This document shows, piece by piece, positions 38,079 to 50,830 of a stretch of 64,000 nucleotides of DNA; the first letter of the stretch is position 1; the number at the start of each line of letters is the position of its first letter. The DNA is taken from positions 12,896,001-12,960,000 of the forward strand of contig NW_027361688.1 in assembly GCF_039654945.1 (NCBI RefSeq). The letters are read 5' to 3'. Made by a program: the position numbers and the translations under genes. The stretch is from Dendrobates tinctorius. Taxonomy: Eukaryota. Below the pieces are notes generated by a model. The model saw only the letters and a list, made by a program, of their open reading frames with translations. It had not been told where the DNA came from and searched no databases.

Positions 38079-41000
38079 CCCCTTCACTACCAAGGGTGGT
38101 TTGCACATTAACTACCGGGCCAATTTTTACAATTCTGACCACTGTACCTTTATGAGGTCATAACTCTGGAACGCTTTCATGGATCCCGGTGATTCTGACA
38201 TTGTTTTCTCGTGACATATTGTACTTCATGTTAGTGGTAAAATTGCATTCAAATAACTTGCATTTATTTGTGAAAAAAACGGAAATTTGGCGAAAATTTT
38301 GAAAATTTCGCAATTTTCCAACTTTGAATTTTTATGCCCTTAAATCACAGCGATACGGCACACAAAAAACTTAATACATAACATTTCCCACATGTTTACT
38401 TTACATCAGCACAATTTTGGAACCAAAATTTTTTTTTGTTAGGAAGTTATAAGGGTTAAAAATTGACCAGCGATTTCTCATTTTTGCAACACCATTTTAT
38501 TTTTAGGGACCACTTCACATTTGAAGCCACTTTGAGGGGTCTATATGATAGAAAATACCCAAAAGTGACACCATTCTAAAAACTGCACCCCTTAAGGTGC
38601 TTAAAACCACATTCAAGAAGTTTATTAACCCTTTAGGTGCGTCACAGGAATTTTTTGAATATTAAAAAAAAAAATGAACATTTAACTTTTTTTCACAAAA
38701 AAAATACTTCAGGTTCAATTCTCTTTATTTTACCAAGGGTAACAGGAGAAATTGGACTGCAAAAGTTATTGTGCAATTTGTCCTGAGTACGCTGATACCT
38801 GATATGTGGGGGGGAACCACTGTTTCGGCGCATGGCAGAGCTCAGAATGGAAGGAGCGCTGTTTGACTTTTTCAATGCAAAATTGGCTGGAATTCAGATC
38901 GGACGCCATGTCACGTTTGGCGAGCCCCTGATGTACCTAAACAGTGGAAACCCCCCCAAGTGACCCCATTTTGGAAACTAGACCCCCCAAGGAACTTATC
39001 TAGATATGTGGTGAGAACTTTGAACCCACAAGGGCTTCACAGAAGTTTATAACGTACAGCAGTACAATTAAAAAATCATATTTTTTCCACAAAAATGATC
39101 TTTTCACCCTCAATTTTTATTTTTCCAAGGGTAACAGGACCCTAAAAGTTATTGTGCAATTTGTCCTGAGTACGCTGATACCCCATATGTGGGTGTAAAT
39201 GACTATTTGGGCGCATAGCAGAGCTCGGAAGGGAAGCAGCGCCATTTGACGTTTTTGGCTAGAATTGAGATCGGACACCATGTCGCGTTAGGAAAGCCCC
39301 TGATGTACCAAAACAGTAGAAACCCCCCACAAATGACACCATTTTGGAAACTAGACCCCCCAAGGAACTTATCTAGATGTGTGGTGAGCACTTTGAACCC
39401 CCCAGTGCTTCACTGAAGTTTATAACGTCCGGGCGTGAAAATAAAAAAATCGTATTTTTTCCACAAACATGATCTTTTAGTCCCCATTTTTTTATTTTCC
39501 CAAGGGTAACAGGAGAAATTGGACCCCAAAAGTTGTTGTCCAATTTGTCCTGAGTATGCTGATACCTCATATGTGGGAGAAAACTACTGTATGGGCACAC
39601 GTCGGGGCTCGGAAGGGAAGTAGTGACGTTTTGGAATGCAGACTTTGATGGAATGGTCTGCGGGTGTCATGTTGCGTTTGGAGAGCCCCTGATGTACCTA
39701 AACAGTGGAAACCCCCCACAAGTGACCCCATTTTGGAAACTAGACCCCCTACTGAACTTATCTAGATGTGTGGTGAGCACTTTGAACCCCCCAGTGCTTC
39801 ACAGAAGTTTATAACGCCTGGGCGTGAAAATAAAAAAAACATTTTTTTCCGCAAAATTATATTTTTGCCCCCAATTTTTTATTTTCCTAAGGGTAACAGG
39901 AGAAATTGGACCCCAAAAGTTGTTTTGTAATTTGTCCTGAGTAGGCTGATACCCTACATGTGGGGGTAAAACACTGTTTGGGCACATGGCAGAGCTTGGA
40001 AGGGAAGGAGCACCATTTGACTTTTTCAACGCAGAATTGGCTGGAATTGAGATCAGACGCCATGTTGCCTTTGGAGAGCACCTGATGTGCCCAAACAGTG
40101 GAAACCCCCAATTATAACTCCAACCCTAACCTCAACACACCCCTAACCNNNNNNNNNNNNNNNNNNNNNNNNNNNNNNNNNNNNNNNNNNNNNNNNNNNN
40201 NNNNNNNNNNNNNNNNNNNNNNNNNNNNNNNNNNNNNNNNNNNNNNNNNNNNNNNNNNNNNNNNNNNNNNNNNNNNNNNNNNNNNNNNNNNNNNNNNNNN
40301 NNNNNNNNNNNNNNNNNNNNNNAAATACATTTTCTTTTAGTTTTATTATTTTTCCCTAACTAAGGGGGTGATAACGGGGGGGTTTGATTTACGATTTATG
40401 GCGGTTTTTATGTTTGGCGGCTGTCGCACGCTAAAAGACGCTTTTTATTGTAAAAATAGTTTTTGCATCACCACATATTGTGAGCTATAATTTTTCCGTA
40501 TTTTGACCCACCGAGTCATGTGAGGTCTTATTTTTTGCGGGACGAGTTGACGTTTTTATTGGTACCATTTTCGGGCACGTGACATTTTTTGATTGCTTTT
40601 TATTCCGATTTTTGGGACGCAGAATGAACAAAAACCAGCGTTTCATGAATTTCTTTTGGGGGGTGCGTTTACACCGTTCCGCCTGCAGTAAAATTGATAA
40701 CGCGTTTTTATTCTTCGGGTCAGTACGGTTACAGCGATACCTCATTTAGGTCGTTTTTTTATGTTTTGTCGGTTTTTTGCAATGAAAACAATTTTATATA
40801 AAAAATAATTATTTTTGTATCGCTTTATTCTGCGAGCTATAACTTTTTTATTTTTTTGCGGATGATGCTGTATGGTGGCTCGTTTTTTGCGGGACAAGAT
40901 GACTTTTTCAGCGGTACCATGGATATTTATATGCGTCTTTTTGATCGCGCGTTATTGCACTTTTTGTTCGGTGGTATGATAATAAATCATTATTTTTTGC

Positions 41001-41764
41001 TTCGTTTTTTATTTTTATTTTTTAAGGGGTTCACTAAAGGGGTTAACTAATGGGACAGTTTTATAGGGCAGGTCATTACGGACGCGGCGATACCAAATAT
41101 GTGTACTTTTATTGTTTTTGTTTTTTTTATTTTGAAAAAATGGATTTATTGGGGAATATTTTTTTTTTTTTTAATTTATTTAGTGATTTTTTTTTTAATT
41201 ATTTTTAACACTTTTTTTTTTTTTTTTTACTTTATTACCTTGTCCCAGGTGGGACATCACTGTCCTGTGACAGATCGCTGATCTGTCACATCACAGATCA
41301 CTGTGACAGATCAGCGATCTGTCACAGGCACTGCTGCAGACTTCCTCATGCCTGCGCTTTGCAGGCAGTGAGGAAGTCAGCTCCCTGCAGGCCCCCGTCG
41401 CCATCTTGGATCCGGGGGCCTGTAGGGAAAGAGCCCCCCGCAGCAGCGCTGCACATTGCGCTGCCGTGGGGGGCTCAGGGAAGCACGGAGGGAGCCCCCT
41501 CCCTGCCGATGCTTCCCTTTAACCCCCGGTACACCGCTATCGCGTTTGATCGCGGTGTGCAAGGGGTTAACGTGTCGGGGGCGGTCCGTGACCGCCCCTG
41601 ACACATTGTGCCGGGTGTCAGCTATGATAATTAGCTGACACTCGGCCGCGATCAGTGGCGCTCACCACGTGGGCGCCGCTGATCGCGATGACGTAATATT
41701 CCGTCCATGGTAATTAGGTCCATGGTCACATGGACGGAATATTACGTCAATTGTAGGTAAGGGG
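38079..41764. mobile_element. piggyBac-type non-autonomous DNA transposon with internal tandem ~360-420-bp repeats (spans a gap)
   Basis: TTAA|CCCCTT ... AAGGGG|TTAA; removing it restores gag ...FYRRTF-KRRPFERRR...KENKY*. Confidence 0.85.
40149..40322. other. Assembly gap (N run)
   Basis: N characters. Confidence 1.
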
Positions 41765-42051
41765 TTAAAAGGCGACCGTTTGAAAGAAGGAGACAAGCGG
41801 AGAGATCAAATAGATGGCCCACGAAGGAGGAAAAGCAAAAGGGTAGCATGTTTAGAGGTTCAACATTCCGAAAGGAAAATAAATACTAAAAAATGAGTCC
41901 TCCCGGTAAGGGGTAGATTAAAATTTTTTTCTTCAAAATGGGAACAAATAACTTCGAGTCCATGGATCCTAAATTTAATTAAAGAGGGAATAAAAATAGA
42001 ATTTCTTCAAATCCCTTATAATTTCTTTATCATAACCCGCCTTAACTCTAT

Positions 42052-43620
42052 AGTAGAATCATAGAATCGTAGAGTTGGAAGGGACCTCCTGGGCCATCTG
42101 GTCCAACCCCCTGCTCAAAGCAGGATTCGCTAAATCATCCCAGTCAGATGTCTGTCCAGCCTCTGTTTGAAGACTTCCATTGAAGGAGAACTCACCACTT
42201 CTCGTGGCAGCCTGTTCCACTCATTGATCACTCTAACTGTCAAAAAGTTTTTTCTAATATCTAATCTGTGTCTCCTCCCATTCAGTTTCATCCCATTGCT
42301 TCTAGTCTTTCCTTGTGCAAATGAGAATAAAGTTGATCCTTCTACAATGTGACAGCCCTTTAGATATTTGTAGACAGCTATTAAGTCTCCTCTCAGTCTT
42401 CTCTTTTGCAAACTAAACATTCCCAAATCCTGCAACCTTTCCTCATAAGACAGGGTTTGCAGACCGGTCACCATTCTGGTCGCTCTTTTCTGAACTTGCT
42501 CCAGTTTGTTGATGTCTTTTTTAAAATGTGGTGCCCAAAACTGGACACAATATTCCAGATGAGGTCTGACCAAAGAGGAGTAGAGGGAAATAATGACTTC
42601 ACGTGATCTAGACTGTATGCTTCTGTTAATACATCCTAGAATTGCATTTGCCTTTTTTGCTGCTGCATCACACTGTTGACTCATATTCAGTCTGTGATCT
42701 ATTAGTATACCCAAGTCTTTTTCACATGTGCTGTCACATAGCCCTATTCCTCCCATTCTATATATGCTTTTTCCATTTTTATTGCCCAGATGTAGTACTT
42801 TGCATTTCTCCCTGTTAAAAACCATTCTGTTAGTTGCTGCCCACTTCTCCAGTTTATTTAAATCTTTTTGAATCCTCTCTCTCTCTTCTCTAGTATTAGC
42901 TATCCCTCCTAGCTTTGTGTCATCAGCAAATTTAATCAGTTTACCCTCAATTCCTTCATCTAAATCGTTGATAAAGATGTTGAACAATACAGGGCCCAGG
43001 ACAGAGCCCTGTGGTACCCCACTTGAGACATTCTTCCAACTGGATGTGCAGCCATTTACAACCACTCTTTGGGTCCGATCACTAAGCCAGTTATGAATCC
43101 ACCTAACAGTTGCCTTGTCCATTCCATACTTAATCATTTTTTCAATAAGGATTGTATGAGAGACTTTGTCAAATGCTTTGCTGAAGTCAAGATATACTAT
43201 ATCTACAGCATTTCCTTGATCCACCCAATCAGTGATACCGTCATAGAAGGAAATTAAGTTAGTCTGACATGACTTATTAGTTACAAACCCATGCTGACTC
43301 TGTTTAATCACTTCATTCTTATCCAGGTATTGACATACATGTTGTTTAATAATTTGTTCAAAGATCTTTCCTGGTATAGAAGTCAGACTCACCGGCCTAT
43401 AGTTACCTGGGTCCACCTTCTTCCCCTTTTTGAAGATAGGAACAACATTTGCTCTTCTCCAGTCTTCTGGCACTTCTCCTGTTCTCCAAGAATTTTCAAA
43501 GATTATAGAGAGGGGTTCAAAAATTTCTTCTGCTATCTCCTTCAGTACTCTGGGGTGTAATTCATCTGGACCTGGAGACTTGAATTCATTTAGGCTAGCT
43601 TAGTGTTTCCTCACTATCTA
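42052..43620 (-). mobile_element. 5'-truncated CR1 LINE with an open RT-domain ORF (42130-43473)
   Basis: PGNYRPVSLTS, LDFSKAFD, GVPQGSVLGP, KFADD motifs; (attctatg)-type 3' tail at ~42052-42073; interrupts the DIRS RT. Confidence 0.95.
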
Positions 43621-44765
43621 AACTAAAGGCCCTCGAAGTACAAATTCAGAGCCTACTATCCAAGGGGGTTTTAGCAGAAGTCCCAGAGGGACAAGAGGGT
43701 AGAGGCTTCTACTCTCCTTTATTTTTAATTTCCAAACCAGACGGTACGTTTAGGACAATTATAAATTTAAGGAAACTTAATACGTTTATAAAAAATAAGT
43801 TTAAAATGGAATCAATCAGATCCACCATAAAACTTCTCTTTCCAATCTGTGTAATGGCGGGGATTGACTTGAAGGATGCTTACTATCATGTTCCTATTCA
43901 TGATAGATACCAAAGGTACCTAAGGGTCGCGGTGGTTTTCGAAGGCAAGATCCGTCATTTTCAGTATACGGCCATGCCTTTCGGCTTCACCAAAGTGATG
44001 GCAGAGGTGATGGCCTATCTTCGTCAGAAAGACACTCTAATCGTGCCTTATCTGGATGACTTCTTAATTATCGGGAACTCGGTCACCCAGTGTACCAGAC
44101 GTGTGGCTGACGCTGTCTCATCTTTGCAGGATCTAGGCTGGATCATCAACTTCCAGAAGTCCAGACTCGTTCCGCGTTCCCTTCAGATGTTCTTAGGATT
44201 CCAGTTAGACTCCACAACCCAGAGATGCCTACTCCCTCAGGTAAAAATTACACTCACAAAAGAGAAGGTGGAGGTAGCCATAAATAGACCACGTATGTCT
44301 CTGAGAGGGGCAATGTCGCTATTGAGGTCGCTCTCTTCCTGTGCCCCGGCAGTCCAGTGGGCCCATTATCACGTCCGCACACTGCAGCATCAGATCCTCC
44401 GAGAGGACAAGCGACATAGTGGTCACCTCGAGAGCAAGATAACCTTGTCACAGGAGGTCTTGGCTTCTCTAGAATGGTGGCTAGATGATAACCATCTGTC
44501 CACAGGAGTCCCATGGGTCATAGTACCATCTTGTATCCTAACCACCATTGCTAGCCCCCACGGCTTGGGAGCCCATATGGGGAATAGCTTTTGTCAAGGA
44601 AGGTGGAATGGAGATGAACTAGGCTACTCATCTAATCTAAAAGAACTGACGGCGGTATATAATGCTCTACACCATTTTCTTCCACAGCTCCAACGGAAGC
44701 ATGTCAGGATCTTATCGGACAACACCACTACAGTGGCCTACATAAACAGACAGGGAGGTACTTGA
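43620..44765 (+). pseudogene. DIRS reverse transcriptase / RNase H
   Basis: GFYSPLFL, IDLKDAYYHVPI, YLDDFLI, SDNTTTVAYINRQGGT; frameshift and premature stop. Confidence 0.9.
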
Positions 44766-45203
44766 TCAGAGACTCTGATGTCTTCTGCGGCAAGAATCTT
44801 AAACTTAGCCGAAAGTTATTTGTTGTCCCTCTCGGCCCTCCATATCAGGGGAGAGAACAACCAGGAGGCAGACTTCTTAAGCCGACACACACTTCGACAA
44901 GGGGAGTGGTGCCTCAATCGCCGAATCTTCAAGGACATAGTAGCTCTATGGGGGCAACCTCAGATGGACCTCTTTGCCACGAAAAAGAACAGACAGATAA
45001 AAGCGTTTGCCTCCCTGTCCCCATCAGATCATCCAGACATATTGGACGCCCTCCAGGCCTCATGGAAGTTCAACCTGGCATATGCCTTCCCTCCGATAAT
45101 TCTCCCACCACAGGTCATTCGGAAGATCAGAGAGGACAAGGCGAGAGTAATTTTGATAGCACCATTCTGGCTCAAGAGACCTTGATTCTCATGGCTACGA
45201 ATT

Positions 45204-46339
45204 ATGTCGGTTACAGATCCGTGGGTTCTCCCTTCGATTCCCAACCTACTCTCCCAAGGCCCTTTTCTCCACCACCCAGGTGGACAGCTTACACTTGACG
45301 GCGTGGAATTTGAAAGGCAGCTACTAAGATCGAGGGGGTTTTCTGAAACACTAATTGCTACGCTCCTACAGAGCAGGAAGCAATCCACTACCCAAATTTA
45401 TACAAAGATATGGAAAAAATTCCTGCAGTTTCATACAGCGCCTCATACCACAGAAGTTCCGATAGTTCCTATCTTGGAATTTCTACAGAAAGGGAAGGAC
45501 TTGGGCCTGGCAGTAAACACGCTGAAAGTCCAAGTGTCTGCATTAGGCGCACTGTACGGCCATAATGTAGCAGGAAATAAGTGGATATCACGATTCATTA
45601 CAGCTTGCGAACGGATAACTCCGGTTCACATACCTGCAATCCCGGCATGGGACTTAAATCTGGTCTTAGACGCTCTTATGGAAGAACCCTTCGAGCCGAT
45701 AGACACGATATCCCTGAAATACTTGTCACTCAAAACGGCCCTCTTAGTGGCACTGACGTCGGCTAGGAGAGTGAGTGATATCCAAGCCTTAGCCATAGAC
45801 CCACCCTTTTTTCAGATATACCAGGATAGGTTAATATTAAAACCAGACCCCTCATACCTGCCTAAGGTATCAACAAGGTTCCATAGATCTCAAGAGATAC
45901 TTCTCCCGACCTTCTTTGGAGACCCCTTCACTCCGGAGGAGTGGAAATTCCACACTTTGGACGTTAGAAGAACTGTCCTAAAATATATTGAGAGGTCCAG
46001 GAGCTGGAGGCAGTGTAGGGCTCTGTTCATATCTTTTCAGGGCTGTAAAAAAGGGTACGGAGTCACGAAGAGCACCTTTCCCGATGGATCAGGGATGCCA
46101 TTCGCTTAGCCTACTCCGCGAAAAATGAAGAGCCTCCGGAGAACATCAGAGCACATTCCTCCAGAGCAGCGGCAACCTCCTGGGCCGAGAGGGGAGACGT
46201 TCCGATTGAAGCCATATGTAAGGCAGCAATTTGGTCAACCCCTTCTACCTTCTATAATCACTATAGACTTGACCTTTCATCAACTTCTGACCTAAGTTTT
46301 GGCAGGACTGTCCTTGGCATGGTGGTCCCACCCAGGTGA
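45204..46339 (+). pseudogene. DIRS tyrosine recombinase (one frameshift near 46080)
   Basis: LVALTSARRVSDIQAL, HTLDVRR, RAHSSRA, FYNHYRLD. Confidence 0.9.
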
Positions 46340-47065
46340 TAGTCTCTGGAATCTCTCCAGTGGGTGCTGTCGTGGCGAAGGGTAAAAAGCCGGATTACTT
46401 ACCGGTAATGCTCTTTTAATGAGTCCACGACAGCACCCGCTCACTACCCTCCCTGCTAAGATATCAATTAGAAAGTGTATCTGCTAAGGATGAATATGTA
46501 AAAATTAGTAAAACAAAGACATTGCCTAACCTTTGGCGGTCCTCCTGGTACTCTGAAATACAAAAGTAAGGCGGACCGCCCCTTTTTATCTTCCTGTAGG
46601 GTTTCCTGTTCTAAGTGGGGCGGATCCGATACCTCCAGTGGGTGCTGTCATGGACTCATTAAAAGAGCATTACCGGTAAGTAATCCGGCTTATCTACTGT
46701 ATATAGAGCTGTTATCAGTCATTGTATAGGATGGGGAGGAGGTGAGCTGTGACATCACCTATTGTGAATGGTGGATCCTGTGTTATCTCCTGTATATATT
46801 GTAAATCTGCATGATATGATAATGAGACTACTGAAAAGTCTTTTGTACAGAACAGGAAGTGTGAGTCTAGTGTGAGGACTAGTGAGAAGATCGCAATGTT
46901 TCGAAATGTTTTTTCTTTATGTATAGTCAAATGACAAAAAATATAACAAATGAAAAAAAAAATCAGACGGGATGATTTATGCTCAGATTGTTCCTTTAAG
47001 AACGAAGACTCGACTTATTTATTTTGAACACTCTTCTTATTTTGATTCTTTTACCTTTTTTTCAG

Positions 47066-47204
47066 ATACGGATCTTATTTGATTTGGAAAGAGTTGGGAG
47101 GATTTACTAAAGACGCAGTGGTGCCTCTTGGGGTATATGGCACGTACCTGGCTCTGAACTGGTCGTGGATTCGAGTTTTTTTGGGCGCCCACAAAATGAA
47201 ACTG
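47066..47204 (+). CDS. TSPO-like copy 2, second coding exon
   Basis: 139 nt, AG/GT; YGSYLIWKELGGFTKDAVVPLGVYGTYLALNWSWIRVFLGAHKMKL. Confidence 0.93.
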
Positions 47205-47219
47205 GTAATTTAGAATTAA

Positions 47220-48425
47220 CCCCTTAAACCCCCCCTTAGCTTTTTTCGGAATTGCATTTCCGTTTTTTTTGCTCTCCTCCTTCCCAGAGCCATATTTTTA
47301 ATTTTACCGTCACTGTGGCCATGTGAGGGTTTATTTTTTGCGGGACGAGTTGTACTTTTGAACGACGCCATTAGTTTTACCATGTCGTGTACTAGAAAAC
47401 AGGGGAAAAAAATTCCAAGTGCGGTGAAATTAAAAAAAAAAAAGTGCAATCCCACAATTGTTTTTTGTTTGGCTTTTTTGCTGGGTTTACTAAATGCTAA
47501 AACTGACCTGCCATTATGATTCTCCCGGTCATTACGAGTTCATAGACACCAAACATGTCTAGGTCCTTTTTTTTTATCTAAGTGGTGAAAAAAAATTCCA
47601 AACTTTGCTAAAAAAAAGAAAAAAATGGCGCAATTTTCTGAGACCTGTTGCGTCTCCATTTTTCGTGATCTCTGGTTGGTTGAGGGCTTATTTTTTGCGC
47701 ACCGAGCTGACGAATTTAGTGATACCATTTTGGTGTAGATACGATCTTTTGATCGCCCATTATTGCATTTTAATGCAGTGTTGCAGTGACCAAAAAAACA
47801 ATTCTGACGTTTTGATTTTTTTTCCCGCTACGCCGTTTAGCGATGAGGTTAATCCTTTTTTTTATTGACTGGCGATTCTGAACGCGGCGATACCAAATAT
47901 GTCTATGTTTGATTTTATTTTTATTGTTTTATTTTGAATGACTCAAAAGATTTTTAAACTTTTTTTTTTTTTTTTTTTACTTTTGCCATGCTTCAATAGT
48001 CTCCATAGGAGAATAGAAGCTGGCACAACTCGATCGGCTCAGCTACATAGAGGCAATAAGCAGACCACTGCGTGACCCTCACAGCAAGCCGACACTGACA
48101 ACCATAGAGGTCTCCAGGAGACCTCGGGTTGTCATGCCGACAAACCGATGTCCCGCGATCACGTGACGCAGGTCATTGGTGTGCGTACTTCCCGCACAAT
48201 TGCCGGAAGCGCCATTTAAATGCCGCTGTGAGCGTTTGACAGCGGCATTTAACTAGTTAATAGCCGCGGGTGGATCGCAATTCCACCCGCGGCTATTGCG
48301 GGCACATGTCAGCTGTTCAAAACAGCTGACATGTCCCGGGAAAGATGTGGGCTTACCGCCGGAGCCCACATCAAAGGGAGGGATACCGACATCGGCGTAC
48401 TATTACGCCCGATGACGGTAAGGGG
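47220..48425. mobile_element. piggyBac-type TTAA MITE
   Basis: TTAA|CCCCTT ... AAGGGG|TTAA; an empty site is visible at the paralogous position in copy 3 (~57659). Confidence 0.85.
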
Positions 48426-48444
48426 TTAAATTCTGAAATTTAGA

Positions 48445-49080
48445 GTACAGAGCATCGCAGCTATGATAGAAAGGAGTCGGGACACCCAGGTCATGACAGC
48501 TATCATAGAAAGGAGTCAGAACGCGCAGAGCATCGCAACTATGATAGAAAGGAGTCTTGACACGCAGAGCATCGCAGCTATGATAGAAAGGAGTCAGGAC
48601 ACGCAGAGCATCACAGCTATGATAGAAAAGAGTCAGGACACGCAGAGCATCGCAGCTATGATAGAAAGGAGTCTTGACACGCAGAGCATCACAGCTATGA
48701 TAAAAAGGATTCAGGACACGCAGAGCATCACAGCTATGATAGAAAAGAGTCAGGACACGCAGAGCATCGCAGCTATGATAGAAAGGAGTCTTGACACGCA
48801 GAGCATCACAGCTATGATAAAAAGGATTCAGGACACGCAGAGCATCACAGCTATGATAGAAAAGAGTCAGGACACGCAGAGCATCGCAGCTATGATAGAA
48901 AGGAGTCAGGACACGCAGAGCATTGCAGCTATGATAGAAAGGAGTCAGGACATGCAGAGCATTGCAGCTATGATAGAAAGGAGTCTTGACACGCAGAGCA
49001 TCGCGGCTATGATAAAAAGGAGTCAGGACACGCAGGGCATCGCAGCTATGAAAGGAGTCAGAACATTCAGGGCATCACAA
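48445..49080. repeat. 39-bp minisatellite (gagcatcgcagctatgatagaaaggagtcaggacacgca)
   Basis: Tandem units; explains ORF 48463..49221. Confidence 0.95.
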
Positions 49081-49267
49081 CATGCTGTGCATCTACAGTC
49101 TGTTGATAGTGCATTGTTGAGCTTTCGGAAACATTTATTGTTTGAACTACTTATGCGGCTTTTGTTCAGTATGCTATGGACAAATCTTAAATACTGGCAA
49201 TGTCACGGTCACTTTCAATAGTGTGTCAATAGTGATGTGCTTATATATTGTATAATTTTTATTACAG

Positions 49268-49444
49268 GCGTTTTTCCAAAGTGTTCTGATGACCGGATCC
49301 GCAGCCGCTACGGTTGTCGTCTGGTTCCCCATTAATAGAACAGCCGCCTGCCTGATGTCCCCCACTGTTGCTTGGTTGTCACTGGCCACTGCCTGGAGCT
49401 ATTGGTTTTGGAGGAACAACCTAGACAAGGAAAAACAGAAGTGA
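49268..49444 (+). CDS. TSPO-like copy 2, last coding exon (protein 165 aa)
   Basis: tacAG acceptor; AFFQSVLMTGSAAATVVVWFPINRTAACLMSPTVAWLSLATAWSYWFWRNNLDKEKQK*; AATAAA at 49717. Confidence 0.93.
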   Translation, partial: AFFQSVLMTGSAAATVVVWFPINRTAACLMSPTVAWLSLATAWSYWFWRNNLDKEKQK

Positions 49445-50579
49445 TGTTTAGAATTCCACCATAAATTTTCCGACGAGAGAATCTTACACCCTTTTGCACT
49501 GTATTAAAGGGGTTGTCCAGGGGTCGCCTATAGAAGTCCAGCCCTACGGCTAAAGTGTGATGTTCCAGGCCTGTATATTGTGGAGCAGCAACAAGATGAT
49601 TGTTCGGGGTCGGATCTGGAAAACTGCTTCAATGAATTACAATCTGATCTTGTACTGAAAGCATACATGTTTGTTTTAATTTAATTTTGCTCTAATTTTG
49701 TTGTATTAATAGTATTAATAAAGACAATTAAAATTCATTGCTCTCAGATTATATAGAAAGTCTTTTTTCCTTTCAAAGCTCAACCATTTGTGTTGCAAAC
49801 CTCAAATACTTCCTAATTTACCAGCAGGAAGTTGTTAGCATTTTCTGCCATATTACAGGTACAGTGGAGCTGCGGCCCCGTCTCTCCAAGCTGGCCATGC
49901 ACTTACATACCGATCTGCAGATCTGGCTTCTTTTATTAGTATGTAATAATTGTCGGTTAGTCATACACATGAGGGGGCATGCCGGGCTGTCAGCATTGTG
50001 AGTGACAGGCCATCCTATAGTATGCACATAAGCGCTGGCCTGTCAATCTTGCAGTCCAATTGGGCCGGGTATGCTGGACATCCTCCAGCTGACGTCTTTT
50101 CAGGATGAATGCCTGCCTATTTAGCTGGCTGGCTATGCTGGGACTATTGCCAGTCGTAGTTTTCAGCTCAGTAGTGTGTTTGCTCTGTGCTCTAAATTCT
50201 GATATTCTGATCTTTGTTGTCGGACCTTAGATTTGCCTCTTGACTACTTGTTTGTATTACTTATCCCTTTTGCCTTGACACACTCTGACCTTGGAATTCT
50301 GACCCCGGACTGTGATCTGACTATGCCTATGTCTCTTTCCCCGTTTATGACATACCCTCCTGACTCTTGACTTTTGAACTCCTTGTCTTCCTCGACTCAC
50401 GACTTGTCCGTGAGAACTGACTCCGCGTCACAATCACATTTCTTGCTGCTGGCAATCGTGGTTTTGTTAGGCCAGCGAGATACAAATCTTGGGTAACACA
50501 CTAGTATACCCGCACACCAAGCTTTCCAGCACCAAACAGGTACACTTCTAACACTCTTGCATACACAAGGTAACACAAC

Positions 50580-50830
50580 CAGACTATACTTTCCCTCTTC
50601 GAGGTTGTGGGTACATTTATAGCACAGGCTATACTTTCCCTCTTCGAGGTTGTGGGTACATTTAAAGCACAGACTATACTTTCCCTCTTCGAGCTTGTGG
50701 GTACTGCACAGGCTATACTTTCCCTCTTCAAGGCTGTGGGTACTGCACAGGCTATACTTTCCCTCTTCAAGGCTGTGGGTACTTTTGAAGCACAGGCTAT
50801 ACTTTCCCTCTTCGAGCTTGTGGGTATGTT
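50580..50830. repeat. 33/42-bp minisatellite (gcacaggctatactttccctcttcgagcttgtgggtac)
   Basis: Tandem units; explains the ORFs at 50397-50870. Confidence 0.85.

Larger units (their letters stand above)
36091..46690 (+). mobile_element. DIRS1-type tyrosine-recombinase retrotransposon with nested piggyBac-type and CR1 insertions
   Basis: ITRs 36103-36185 / 46572-46652; ICR 46356-46438 with joined termini; gag 36730-41889; RT/RNase H ~43620-44765 (YLDD); MT-like 44778-45185 (YAFPP); YR 45204-46339. Confidence 0.95.

Noticed and set aside
40115-40148. Telomere-like ccctaa units next to the gap
   Set aside because: Short, degenerate and internal to a TTAA transposon; no evidence of a fusion site
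49940-50500. Possible old solo LTR downstream of copy 2
   Set aside because: Composition is LTR-like but I could not define termini or a TSD
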